From Macrostomum lignano (taxonomy: Eukaryota): a stretch of 37,953 nucleotides of DNA. The stretch is from assembly GCA_002269645.1 (NCBI GenBank), contig NIVC01003457.1:1-37953 (forward strand). Direction: 5' to 3'. The position numbers and the translations under genes are program-made. This document shows positions 15,233 through 25,707 of this stretch, piece by piece. Position 1 is the first letter of the stretch. Every line of letters starts with the position of its first letter. The notes beneath the pieces are model-generated. The model worked only from the letters and a program-made list of their open reading frames with translations. It made no database searches and was not told the DNA's origin.

Positions 15233-15272
15233 TTGCAGATATTTCGAATACGAAATTCTTCGTCAGGGCAAA
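15233..15272 (-). ncRNA. Minimal type I hammerhead ribozyme (copy B), Penelope type
   Basis: Minus strand: ttgcc-CTGACGA-A-GAAT-ttcgt-ATTC-GAAA-TATC-tgcaa. Intact CUGANGA and GAAA core, 4-bp stem II, palindromic ATAT stem III, AUC cleavage triplet (predicted cut between 15238 and 15237). One mismatch in stem I. Confidence 0.7.
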
Positions 15273-15588
15273 AATGAATATTTTTTTAAATGAATAAATG
15301 AATATAATTATTGTGAGAAGCCGACAAATAAATATAAGCGAAAAGTGGGGGGAGGGATCGCGCAAGTGCATACTGTATGTACATCAACTATGAGTCAAGA
15401 CTCTAAATTCCAAAACCGGTTGGCTAAAGCGAGATTGCGCAATACAGTGGGCCTTCAAAGGTTAAATAAATGAAAACAAATAATAAAGAGCCAAATGAAC
15501 TGAGTCAACACAGAATAATAAAAAGTAAATAAATAAGTAAGTAAATAAATAAATAAGTAGAGTGAAAGTGCACCATGCACGGTGTCAC

Positions 15589-16252
15589 TCAATTGGCAGA
15601 AGCTGGTTCGAGCTGGCTGTGGCAGAGCAGATCCCGAAGGCTCCTCCCTTTAGTGAAGGCCGGCAGTACAGGGGCATCGCAGTGCCGTGCCAAGCCGTCC
15701 TTCACCTTGGCAACCAGGGTGTCAGACCCAGCGCAGTGCGGCACAATCAGTGGGATCGCCGGATTGTGCAGCACCCCGGCCAGCTCGTTGGCGCCATTTG
15801 GGACCAGAGTCTTCAGGACCGCGATGAGTTTGGCTTCCTGACGTTGACGTCGGTCGTTGGCCTTGGATCCAGAGCCGTCTCTCGTCCACACTCCGGTGAA
15901 GGCGAAGTCCTCATGGCCATCGTTGCTGAAGTGGCGGGCCACCGGAGTGTCGCGTGCGTGGCTGATGTCGCCGACGTGCGCTAGCATGCGGGCGCGTATG
16001 CTGTTATACGCGGACCGTCTCGCCGACGTAGACCGTGCAGCTGCAGCGGCGGCAGAACACCGTGTAGACGGCGTTGACCGAGTTGCAGTCGATCCTCTGG
16101 CTGATGATGATCTTGACGGTCGTGGACGCGGATCCCGGGCAGACGGAGGTGAACCTGGCGTGCGCCTGGCAGCACTTGCACAGCCGGCCCGGGTTGCACG
16201 GCAGGAAGCCGAACTCCCACCGCCTTGTCGGGTAGAAGCCCAGCTCCGCCAG
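15589..16252 (-). pseudogene. Penelope-type GIY-YIG endonuclease, 5'-truncated, frameshifted near 16010
   Basis: Frame 1: GFLPCNPGRLCKCCQ...IDCNSVNAVYTVFCRRCSCTVYVGET. Frame 2: NSIRARMLAH...PVARHF...RQEAKLIAVLKTLVPNGANE. The conserved Y, Y, G, R, H, E and N residues and the Cys/His Zn ligands typical of PLE endonucleases are present. Confidence 0.85.
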
Positions 16253-16254
16253 CA

Positions 16255-16261
16255 GACAGAC

Positions 16262-16352
<91 letters not shown>

Positions 16353-16357
16353 AAGAT

Positions 16358-16408
<51 letters not shown>

Positions 16409-16413
16409 AAGAT

Positions 16414-16471
<58 letters not shown>

Positions 16472-16640
16472 AGAGAGAGAGGGACAGAGAGAGAGAGAAA
16501 GATAGAGAGAAAGAGAAAGAGAGAGAGAGAAAGATAGAGAGAAAGAGAAAGAGAGAGAGAGAAAGATAGAGAGAAAGAGAAAGAGAGAGAGAGAAAGATA
16601 GAGAGAAAGAGAAAGAGAGAGAGGGACAGAGAGAGAGAGA

Positions 16641-16734
<94 letters not shown>

Positions 16735-16824
16735 GAAAGAGAAAGAGAGAGAGAGAAAGATAGAGAGAAAGAGAAAGAGAGAGAGGGACAGAGAGAGAGA
16801 GAAAAAGAAAGAAAGAAAGAAAGA

Positions 16825-16855
<31 letters not shown>

Positions 16856-16924
16856 GAAAGAGAAAGAGAGAGAGAGAAAGATAGAGAGAAAGAGAAAGAG
16901 AGAGAGGGACAGAGAGAGAGAGAA

Positions 16925-16979
<55 letters not shown>

Positions 16980-17047
16980 GAAAGAGAAAGAGAGAGAGAG
17001 AAAGATAGAGAGAAAGAGAAAGAGAGAGAGGGACAGAGAGAGAGAGA

Positions 17048-17089
<42 letters not shown>

Positions 17090-17163
17090 TAGAGAGAAAG
17101 AGAAAGAGAGAGAGAGAAAGATAGAGAGAAAGAGAAAGAGAGAGAGGGACAGAGAGAGAGAGA

Positions 17164-17205
<42 letters not shown>

Positions 17206-17277
17206 GATAGAGAGAAAGAGAAAGAGAGAGAGAAAGATAGAGAGAAAGAGAAAGAGAGAGAGGGACAGAGAGAGAGA

Positions 17278-17347
<70 letters not shown>
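16255..17347. repeat. Compound (AG)n/(AAAG)n purine repeat with higher-order ~110-120 bp units
   Basis: Directly visible; recurring block ...GAAAGATAGAGAGAAAGAGAAAGAGAGAGAGGGACAGAGAGAGAGAAAAAGAAAGAAAG... Confidence 0.97.
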
Positions 17348-17349
<2 letters not shown>

Positions 17350-17444
17350 GGAACTGAGCTTTACTGAGAGACTTCAGTAAAACAATCCGTAGCGAACTGA
17401 ATAGAGTCGAAGCGACTCATCTCAGAGGGTAGAGAAAAAAATCA

Positions 17445-17467
17445 CCAATTGCGTACCAATATAAAAG
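17445..17467 (+). promoter_or_regulatory. Candidate CCAAT + TATA (TATAAAAG) promoter upstream of the lectin gene
   Basis: CCAAT at 17445 and 17456, TATAAAAG at 17460-17467, ~320 nt before the ATG at 17783. Confidence 0.3.
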
Positions 17468-17782
17468 GCAGGTGTCTAGGAACTGCATGTGAGTGAATAA
17501 TGTCTCAACAGGTGCGGGTCTCTTTCATCCCTATCTGTGTTTCTGTCTATTTTTCATCTTTCGCTGCTATTTTTTTGCCAGCTGCCTTGGCAACTGAGTC
17601 TATTGATTTTTTAGTTCCATAGTCTTCCTTTGTTATCGAAATTGCTTCTGTGCGTGCATTGTTCCCCTTGAGATGGCGTACTGCTCCGGGAAACGGGAAA
17701 CAATTTGATTTTTAAAAAAGCGATGCTTTAGGAAATATCGGATGGCTTTGAATCGTCGGTTTTAAAACTGTAATACACGGCT

Positions 17783-20700
17783 ATGACTGCTTCACGACTG
17801 CTTTCACTGCTGCCGTCGCTGCTGCTTCTGCTGGAAAGCGGTGAGTTTCCAAACTGGCATCGAATGGTTGGGAAGCGTGTGCGTTCGATGGGAAGGGTGT
17901 CTGAGCGATGGGAAGGGTGTCTGATTGATGGGAAGGGTGTCTGAGCGATGGGAAGGGTGTCTGAGCGATGGGAATGGTGTCTGAGCGATGGGAAGGGTGT
18001 TTGAGCGATGGGAAGGGTGTCTGAGCGATGGGAATGGTGTCTGAGCGATGGGAAGGGTGTTTGAGCGATGGGAAGGGTGTCTGAGCGATGGGAATGGTGT
18101 CAAGCGATGGGAAGGGTGTGCGATCGATGGGAAGGGTGTCTGATCGATGGGAAGGGTGTCTGATCGATGGGAAGGGTGTTTGAGCGATGGGAAGGGTGTC
18201 TGAGCGATGGGAAGGGTGTCTGAGCGATGAAAAGGGTGTTTAAGCGATGGGAAGGGTGTTTGAGCGATGGGAAGGGTGTCTGAGCGATGAAAAGGGTGTC
18301 TGAGCGATGGGAAGGGTGTTTGAGCGATGGGAAGGGTGTGTGATCGATGGGAAGGGTGTGTGATCGATGGGAAGGGTATGTGATCGATGGGAAGGGTGTC
18401 TGAGCGATGGGAATGGTGTCTGAGCGATGGGAAGGGTGTCTGAGCGATGGGAATGGTGTCTGAGCGATGGGAAGGGTGTCTGAGCGATGGGAAGGGTGTT
18501 TGAGCGATGGGAAGGGTGTGCGATCGATGGGAAGGGTGTGTGATCGATGGGAAGGGTGTCTGGGCGATGGGAAGGGTGTCTGATTGATGGGAAGGGTGTC
18601 TGATCGATGGGAAGGGTGTTTGAGCGATGGGAAGGGTGTTTGAGCGATGGGAAGGGTGTCTGATTGATGGGAAGGGTGTCTGATTAATGAGAAGAGTGAC
18701 TGATCGATGGGAAGAGTGTCTGATCGATGGGAAGGGTGTCTGAGCGATGGGAAGGGTGTTTGAGCGATGGGAAGGGTGTGCGATCGATGGGAAGGGTGTG
18801 TGATCGATGGGAAGGGTGTCTGGGCGATGGGAAGGGTGTCTGATTGATGGGAAGGGTGTCTGATCGATGGGAAGAGTGTCTGATCGATGGGAAGGGTGTC
18901 TGATCGATGGGAAGAGTGTCTGATTGATGGGAAGGGTGTCTGATTGATGAGAAGAGTGACTGAGCGATGGGAAGGGTGTCTGATCGATGGGAAGGGTGTC
19001 TGATTGATGGGAAGGGTGTCTGATTGATGGGAAGGGTGTCTGATCGATGGGAAGGGTGTCTGATCAATGGGAAGGGTGTCTGATCGATGGGAAGGGTGTC
19101 TGATTGATGGGAAGGGTGTCTGAGCGATGGGAAGAGTGTCTGATTGATGGGAAGGGTGTCTGATTGACGAGAAGAGTGACTGATCGATGGGAAGAGTGTC
19201 TGATCGATGGGAAGGGCGTCTGATCGATGGGAAGGGCGTCTGATCGATGGGAAGGGTGTCTGATCGATGGGAAGGGTGTCTGATTAATGGGAAGGGTGTC
19301 TGAGCGATGGGAAGGTTGTCTGATTGATGGGAAGGGTGTCTGATCGATGGGAAGTGTGTGAGCTTACTGCTAATTTTCTCCACTTGCAGGCCCCGTATCC
19401 GCCAGCCCGTGCGGCGTCAAGTGGACCTACGACAGCGGCATTGGGTGGTGCCTCCGGCAGTACGAGCTCATGCTCAACTGGGCGGAGGCCCGAGCCCACT
19501 GCGACAGCCTGCGCGGTCCCGCGGTGGGCGCTAGGGCCGCCGGCTCGAAGCTCAGCACGCTGCAAAGCTCGACTGAGCTGGCCGCCGTGAAGCGCTTCCT
19601 GACAATGCGAGGCAACTACGGCGCCGTGTGGGTGGCCGCCAGACGCGGTGAGTGTCCCTAATTATCCTTGAGTTCAGACCAACACGGCCGGCCACCAATC
19701 AGCCTGATCTGTAACGTTCAACCCGCAGAGAGCACAGCATCGCCGTATAAATGGGTCGACAGGAGCCCGCCAGCTGACGTGACCTCGGGCTGGGCGACCA
19801 ACCCAGGAACTGAGAACTGTGTCTTCACCGCCCTCGTTAACACAAAGGTCGGCGGCGAATGGACGACCTACCTTGAGCTGTACACAGGAGGCTGCTCGGA
19901 GCGGAAGCCATTCTTCTGCTACTACGAGGGTACGTGAAAATCCGGAGACATTATTCTAGCGTATTAATGTTAAGTTTTTCTCGGTTTTTATAAGTTCAAC
20001 AAAGCTACATTGAATTGAACTCGAGCTGCGTTCGAATAGAGGCCTGCATTGGCGTGACACTGAATAACATGGCTGGATTTCCATTCCGAAACTTCATCGC
20101 GTTGAAGCTCTCGGATGTTCCTCAGTTACATGATTTATCATTGAGAACTGAACCTGTGCTGCATTATTCATTTGTTTTATTTAATGAAAAGAAGAATATC
20201 TGTTGAAATTGCAGCCAAACGCTGCAGCCTGAGCAACCTCGCCGGCTACAATCCCGAGTCGATGGACCTGCCGGCCAAGGCTGTCCACATCGGCGAGGCC
20301 ACGGTGGCCGCCTGTCGAAAAGGCTACTACCGCCGCTCGGCCATGGAGGCTGCTGTGTACACTGGACAGCAGCTGGGGACGACCACGCAGTCCCCGGAGA
20401 GCACTTCGACGCCCGTGCCGAACGGCGTCAATTGCACCGACTCGATGAACAGTGAGGATCCCGAGCTGGTGTCTCCAGTTTGGGTGCAGGGCACCATTGA
20501 GTCTTGTCTCCGTGAGTTTTCAATTGTCGATATGTTGTGTAATTAGCTTTATTAACTAAAGCAAGCACAAGCCAATGAAGGAGCTGAAGCAAATGACATC
20601 ATTTAGGTCAGAAAGCCCACACACTCGAATATTATCTGGAAGTCTTTTAAACAGTCGGACGTCTCTAAATGCTTAAAGGGATGACGGCCTATGCAGCGGG

Positions 20701-23700
20701 GATGGAGCCCGGGAGTAGAGCTCCAGACAAACTAAAACTTGTCGGACCATAAGAGAATTAAAATTTTGAGACATCCCCGCTCTAGGACTCTCCCTCCGCG
20801 ATCCCAAAGGACAGGTCGAATGATGGGCACAACCACAGATCGTGCATGGGATTCTATACTTTCTCGTTTGTATCCTTCCCTACTCAAGTGGCGGGCTGCG
20901 ACACTCAGCCTCTGGCCGAGCTGGGCATCGACAACGCGCTGCCGTTTAGCGAAGCCCTGGTCAAGAGCGGCTACAAGTTCGGCGAAGGCTTCAACGTTAC
21001 GTGCAAACACGGCTACGTGTCATCCATGGATCCCAGCTCCAAGGTGGCCAGGGTCGCGTGCTACCAGGACCCGAGCCTGTCGTGGCTGGGCATCTGGATG
21101 CCGTCCAGCTCTAGCGTGTGCGCTCCGATCAAGTGCCTGGACATTCGCACGGTGCTAGCCAACTACAGCGGAGTGCACCCGGCCAAGGCCTACAACCACG
21201 AGCTGAACCGATGGTTCTCCAATCTGGAAGTGAATCGATTCTCAACCTACTCGTCCGAGGTTTACATCACCTGCAACTCGGTCGGTCAGTTCTTCCAGGA
21301 TCAGAAGTATGAGCGACAGCTGGCCTGTCTGGCCGAGAATGACAGCAGCACCACGGCCAGTTGGGTTGGTGTCCGAGGCACCTTCAGCACTGACGGCGTT
21401 ATTCAGAACATTCGCTGTATTGGTGAGTTTGCAACTCAGCTGATTGCTTGTGATGGCCTGCTTGTGTACCTGTTCACTGTGTCCGATCATTATCTGTTCA
21501 CCGTGTCTAATCACGATCTGTTCACCGTGTCTAATCACGACCTGTTCACCGCGTCTAATCACGACCTGTTCACCGTGTCTAATCACTACCTGTTCACCGT
21601 GTCTAATCACTACCTGTTCACCGTGTCTAATCACTACCTATTCACCGCGTCTAATCACGACCTGTTCACCGCATCTAATCACGACCTGTTCACCGTGTCT
21701 AATCACTACCTGTTCACCGTGTCTAATCACTACCTGTTCACCGTGTCTGATCACTACCTGTTCACCGTGTCTGATCACTACCTGTTCACCGTGTCTGATC
21801 ACTACCTGTTCACCGTGTCTGATCACTACCTGTTCACCGTGTCTGATCACTACCTATCCACCGTGTCTAATCACGACCTGTTCACCGTGTCTGATCACTA
21901 CCTATCCACCGTGTCTAATCACTACCTATTCACCGTGTCTAATCACGACCTGCTTACCATGTCTGATCACGGTACCTGTCCACGTACTGTGTCTGATCAC
22001 TTTATCAGAAAGAAAAAGAGAAGAAGCAACGGAGAACAAGAGACGTTCGAATAATAAAGGCCTCATTTACGAGCTAGCATGCATAAAATAGGGTTCCAAG
22101 GGGAAGTGTAAGTTGGCGGTCAGAAGATCAAACCAAAAAGCCGCATTTCGTGATTCTAACGCAATACTGATCACTTGCTACGCTCTACCCACCCACTAAC
22201 AGAGGTTGTGTGCAACCTGGTTGACCTGTTCCACCTCATGGAAGAGGGCGGCTCAGTGGTTGACCTACTAGTGAGCTATCATATCAGTGAGGGCATTGTG
22301 ATCTACGACGCGAGAACCAATGTGCTGAGCAACATGACCCGGTATCAGATCAGCTCGCAGGGCTCCCTGCTCTACGGCAGTTACATTTCCGTGACTTGCC
22401 CGTCTGACCGACTGTTTGTACAATCTGGCACTGATAAAGTCAACCTGGTGCTGAACCTCGCACAGATGACCATCACCTGCTCCAAGACTGGCAAGTGGAA
22501 CCAGACTATTGGCATGTGCATCGGTAAGTGTCCTTGAGCAACTGTAAGTATAAAATTTGCTGTATGAGAAAATCGAGCTATCGTTTCTAGTAAGTACACG
22601 GAGCGATTGTCCGATTCTTTGCCGGACATGCTCAGGGCTCAGGGCCCTGCGGAGTTTGGCGGAGGGACTGAGGGTGCGCCTGAGCACAGTGTTTGAGTAC
22701 CGGGCCTGTTCACCGTGTCTGATCACTGTACCTGTCTACTGTTACCTGTTCGCCGTGTCTGATCACTGTACTTGTCTACTGTTACCTGTTCGCCGTGTCT
22801 GATCACTGTACTTGTCTACTGTTACCTGTTCGCCGTGTCTGATCACTGTACTTGTCTACTGTTACCGGTTCGCCGTGTCTGATCACTGTACCTGTCTACT
22901 GTTACCTGTTCACCGTGTCTGATCACTGTACTTGTCTACTGTTACCTGTTCGCCGTGTCTGATCACTGTACTTGTCTACTGTTTCCTGTTCACCGTGTCT
23001 GATCACTGTACTTGTCTACTGTTACCTGTTCGCCGTGTCTGATCACTGTACTTGTCTACTGTTTCCTGTTCACCGTGTCTGATCACTGTACTTGTCTACT
23101 GTTACCTGTTCGCCGTGTCTGATCACTGTACTTGTCTACTGTTACCTGTTCGCCGTGTCTGATCACTGTACTTGTCTACTGTTACCTGTTCGCCGTGTCT
23201 GATCACTGTACTTGTCTACTGTTTCCTGTTCACCGTGTCTGATCACTGTACTTGTCTACTGTTACCTGTTCACCGTGTCTGATCACTGTACTTGTCTACT
23301 GTTACCTGTTCGCCGTGTCTGATCACTGTACTTGTCTACTGTTTCCTGTTCACCGTGTCTGATCACTGTACTTGTCTACTGTTACCTGTTCGCCGTGTCT
23401 GATCACTGTACTTGTCTACTGTTACCTGTTCGCCGTGTCTGATCACTGTACTTGTCTACTGTTACCTGTTCGCCGTGTCTGATCACTGTACTTGTCTACT
23501 GTTACCTGTTCGCCGTGTCTGATCACTGTACTTGTCTACTGTTACCTGTTCGCCGTGTCTGATCACTGTACTTGTCTACTGTTTCCTGTTCGCCGTGTCT
23601 GATCACTGTACTTGTCTACTGTTACCTGTTCGCCGTGTCTGATCACTGTACTTGTCTACTGTTACCTGTTCGCCGTGTCTGATCACTGTACTTGTCTACT

Positions 23701-25201
23701 GTTACCTGTTCGCCGTGTCTGATCACTGTACTTGTCTACTGTTACCTGTTCGCCGTGTCTGATCACTGTACTTGTCTACTGTTACCTGTTCGCCGTGTCT
23801 GATCACTGTACTTGTCTACTGTTACCTGTTCGCCGTGTCTGATCACTGTACTTGTCTACTGTTACCTGTTCGCCGTGTCTGATCACTGTACTTGTCTACT
23901 GTTACCGGTTCGCCGTGTCTGATCACTGTACCTGTCTACTGTTACCTGTTCGCCGTGTCTGATCACTGTACTTGTCTACTGTTTCCTGTTCACCGTGTCT
24001 GATCACTGTACTTGTCTACTGTTACCTGTTCGCCGTGTCTGATCACTGTACTTGTCTACTGTTACCTGTTCGCCGTGTCTGATCACTGTACTTGTCTACT
24101 GTTACCTGTTCGCCGTGTCTGATCACTGTACTTGTCTACTGTTACCTGTTCGCCGTGTCTGATCACTGTACTTGTCTACTGTTACCTGTTCGCCGTGTCT
24201 GATCACTGTACTTGTCTACTGTTACCTGTTCGCCGTGTCTGATCACTGTACTTGTCTACTGTTACCTGTTCGCCGTGTCTGATCACTGTACTTGTCTACT
24301 GTTACCTGTTCGCCGTGTCTGATCACTGTACTTGTCTACTGTTACCTGTTCGCCGTGTCTGATCACTGTACTTGTCTACTGTTACCTGTTCGCCGTGTCT
24401 GATCACTGTACTTGTCTACTGTTTCCTGTTCGCCGTGTCTGATCACTGTACTTGTCTACTGTTACCTGTTCGCCGTGTCTGATCACTGTACTTGTCTACT
24501 GTTACCTGTTCGCCGTGTCTGATCACTGTACCTGTCTACTGTTACCTGTTCGCCGTGTCTGATCACTGTACTTGTCTACTGTTACCTGTTCGCCGTGTCT
24601 GATCACTGTACTTGTCTACTGTTACCTGTTCGCCGTGTCTGATCACTGTACTTGTCTACTGTTACCTGTTCGCCGTGTCTGATCACTGTACTTGTCTACT
24701 GTTACCTGTTCGCCGTGTCTGATCACTGTACTCGTACCTGAAGTCACCATGTTTGATCACAGTGATTCAAAACGCGTTACCACTGAGCTATTCCACCCGC
24801 ACCCCGAATTGAGGGATGTATTGTCAGAGGGAGGGTAGAGAAAGGTGAAGCACCATTTTCTATGTTCTGAGAGTAGAGAGTGAGCCGTCATGATGAACTT
24901 GGTTGAGACCACAAAGGTATTAAGCGATTGGCCTGATGATTGCATAGCCTGATCACAAACTACCACTCCCACCCCGCGCGCAGAGAAGACGGCCGCTATC
25001 CAGCTCCTTGGCAGGCAGAAGCAGTACGTGCCGCCAACAACGGAAGCCACGGCAGCCTGGCAAACCGGCATGGTGGCCATCACCATTGTTATTCTATTCT
25101 TCACTTGCATTGTTGTCTTGGACCTGGCCACGATCAAGAGAGACTTCAGCCTGCTCAAAACCAACATTTTCTACCTGAGAATGAGACTGAAACAGCTTTG
25201 A
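17783..25201 (+). CDS. Type I membrane protein: signal peptide, C-type lectin-like domain, several sushi/CCP-like modules, TM helix, short tail (selectin-like architecture)
   Basis: Exons 17783-17840 (MTASRLLSLLPSLLLLLES), 19390-19647, 19729-19929 (CTLD: C...W...C, WAEARAHC, VWVAA, YKWVD, C..RKPFFC), 20215-20511, 20889-21422, 22203-22523 (CRKGY, CKHGY, ITC...W...C), 24984-25201 (TM GMVAITIVILFFTCIVVLDL). All introns are phase 1 GT-AG. AATAAA at ~25322 and 25351. Confidence 0.82.
17885..19352. repeat. 20-bp minisatellite (GCGATGGGAAGGGTGTCTGA)n, ~73 units, in intron 1 of the lectin gene
   Basis: Directly visible with unit variants. Confidence 0.98.
21470..22000. repeat. 24-bp minisatellite (ACCTGTTCACCGTGTCTRATCACK)n, ~21 units, intronic
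   Basis: Directly visible. Confidence 0.97.
22704..24731. repeat. 40-bp minisatellite (GTTACCTGTTCGCCGTGTCTGATCACTGTACTTGTCTACT)n, ~50 units, intronic
   Basis: Directly visible and highly homogeneous. Confidence 0.99.
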
Positions 25202-25384
25202 TCAGCTGAGATGGAGCAGCGAAATTCGAACAAAAAACTAATACAATTTGTAACGACTGAATTGTAAAACGCTCCAAATTGAATGTTTCAGTTACAGTTC
25301 CACAACAAAAATTTTGACAAAAATAAACCGCAAGAACTCAACTCAACCCGAATAAAATTGAACGAATTAGCCGCGATCTACGAG

Positions 25385-25560
25385 AGTAGTATGGGATAAC
25401 AGAACTCTGCCGCAGGAATTTCCGTGGAAAAGCCATGGGCCCTAGTGAGTGAACATACGGGCCTATGTAAATCCATTGAGCGACTCTGCCGCAGGGAAAG
25501 CCATGGAAATTCCATGGGGGGCACATCGGGTGGGCATGGGGGCCCGGTGAGATAACAAAG
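25385..25560 (+). repeat. Candidate left terminal inverted repeat/replication origin region with internal repeats and palindromes
   Basis: Starts AGTAGT (or AGAGTAGT at 25383). ACTCTGCCGCAGG occurs twice (~25404, ~25483), AAAGCCATGG twice, and CCATGGAA-A-TTCCATGG is a palindrome at 25501-25517. The partner TIR is not in the window. Confidence 0.55.
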
Positions 25561-25623
25561 CGCATGCTGGTATATGTACTGAAGGAAACTCATTATTGCA
25601 CCCACCCCACTCCGCCTAGAAAG

Positions 25624-25633
25624 TATATATAAG
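25624..25633 (+). promoter_or_regulatory. TATA-like box (TATATATAAG) upstream of the PC4-like ORF
   Basis: ~75 nt upstream of ATG 25708. Confidence 0.45.
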
Positions 25634-25707
25634 ATGGGCGATTTTTTGAGGTTGGCTTCATGACGAAAGGAATTTTTGTGCATCCTTCTTAAAGAAACAT
25701 ATCATTA

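Larger units (their letters stand above)
15163..16255 (-). mobile_element. Penelope-like retroelement 3' fragment (GIY-YIG endonuclease + 3' unit with hammerhead), inserted in (AG)n
   Basis: GIY-YIG reading frame 16252-15589, hammerhead core at 15233-15272, microsatellite flanks. No RT visible. Confidence 0.8.

Noticed and set aside
17804-19383. HPSH/QTPFP repeat ORFs
   Set aside because: Antisense translation of the 20-bp intronic minisatellite.
21470-24731. Repeat-spacer arrays as CRISPR
   Set aside because: Units are contiguous with no unique spacers, there are no cas genes, and the context is a eukaryotic intron.
24763-24983. Extra sushi-like exon before the TM exon
   Set aside because: Three in-frame stops and wrong phase; the acceptor at 24983 gives a clean in-phase exon instead.
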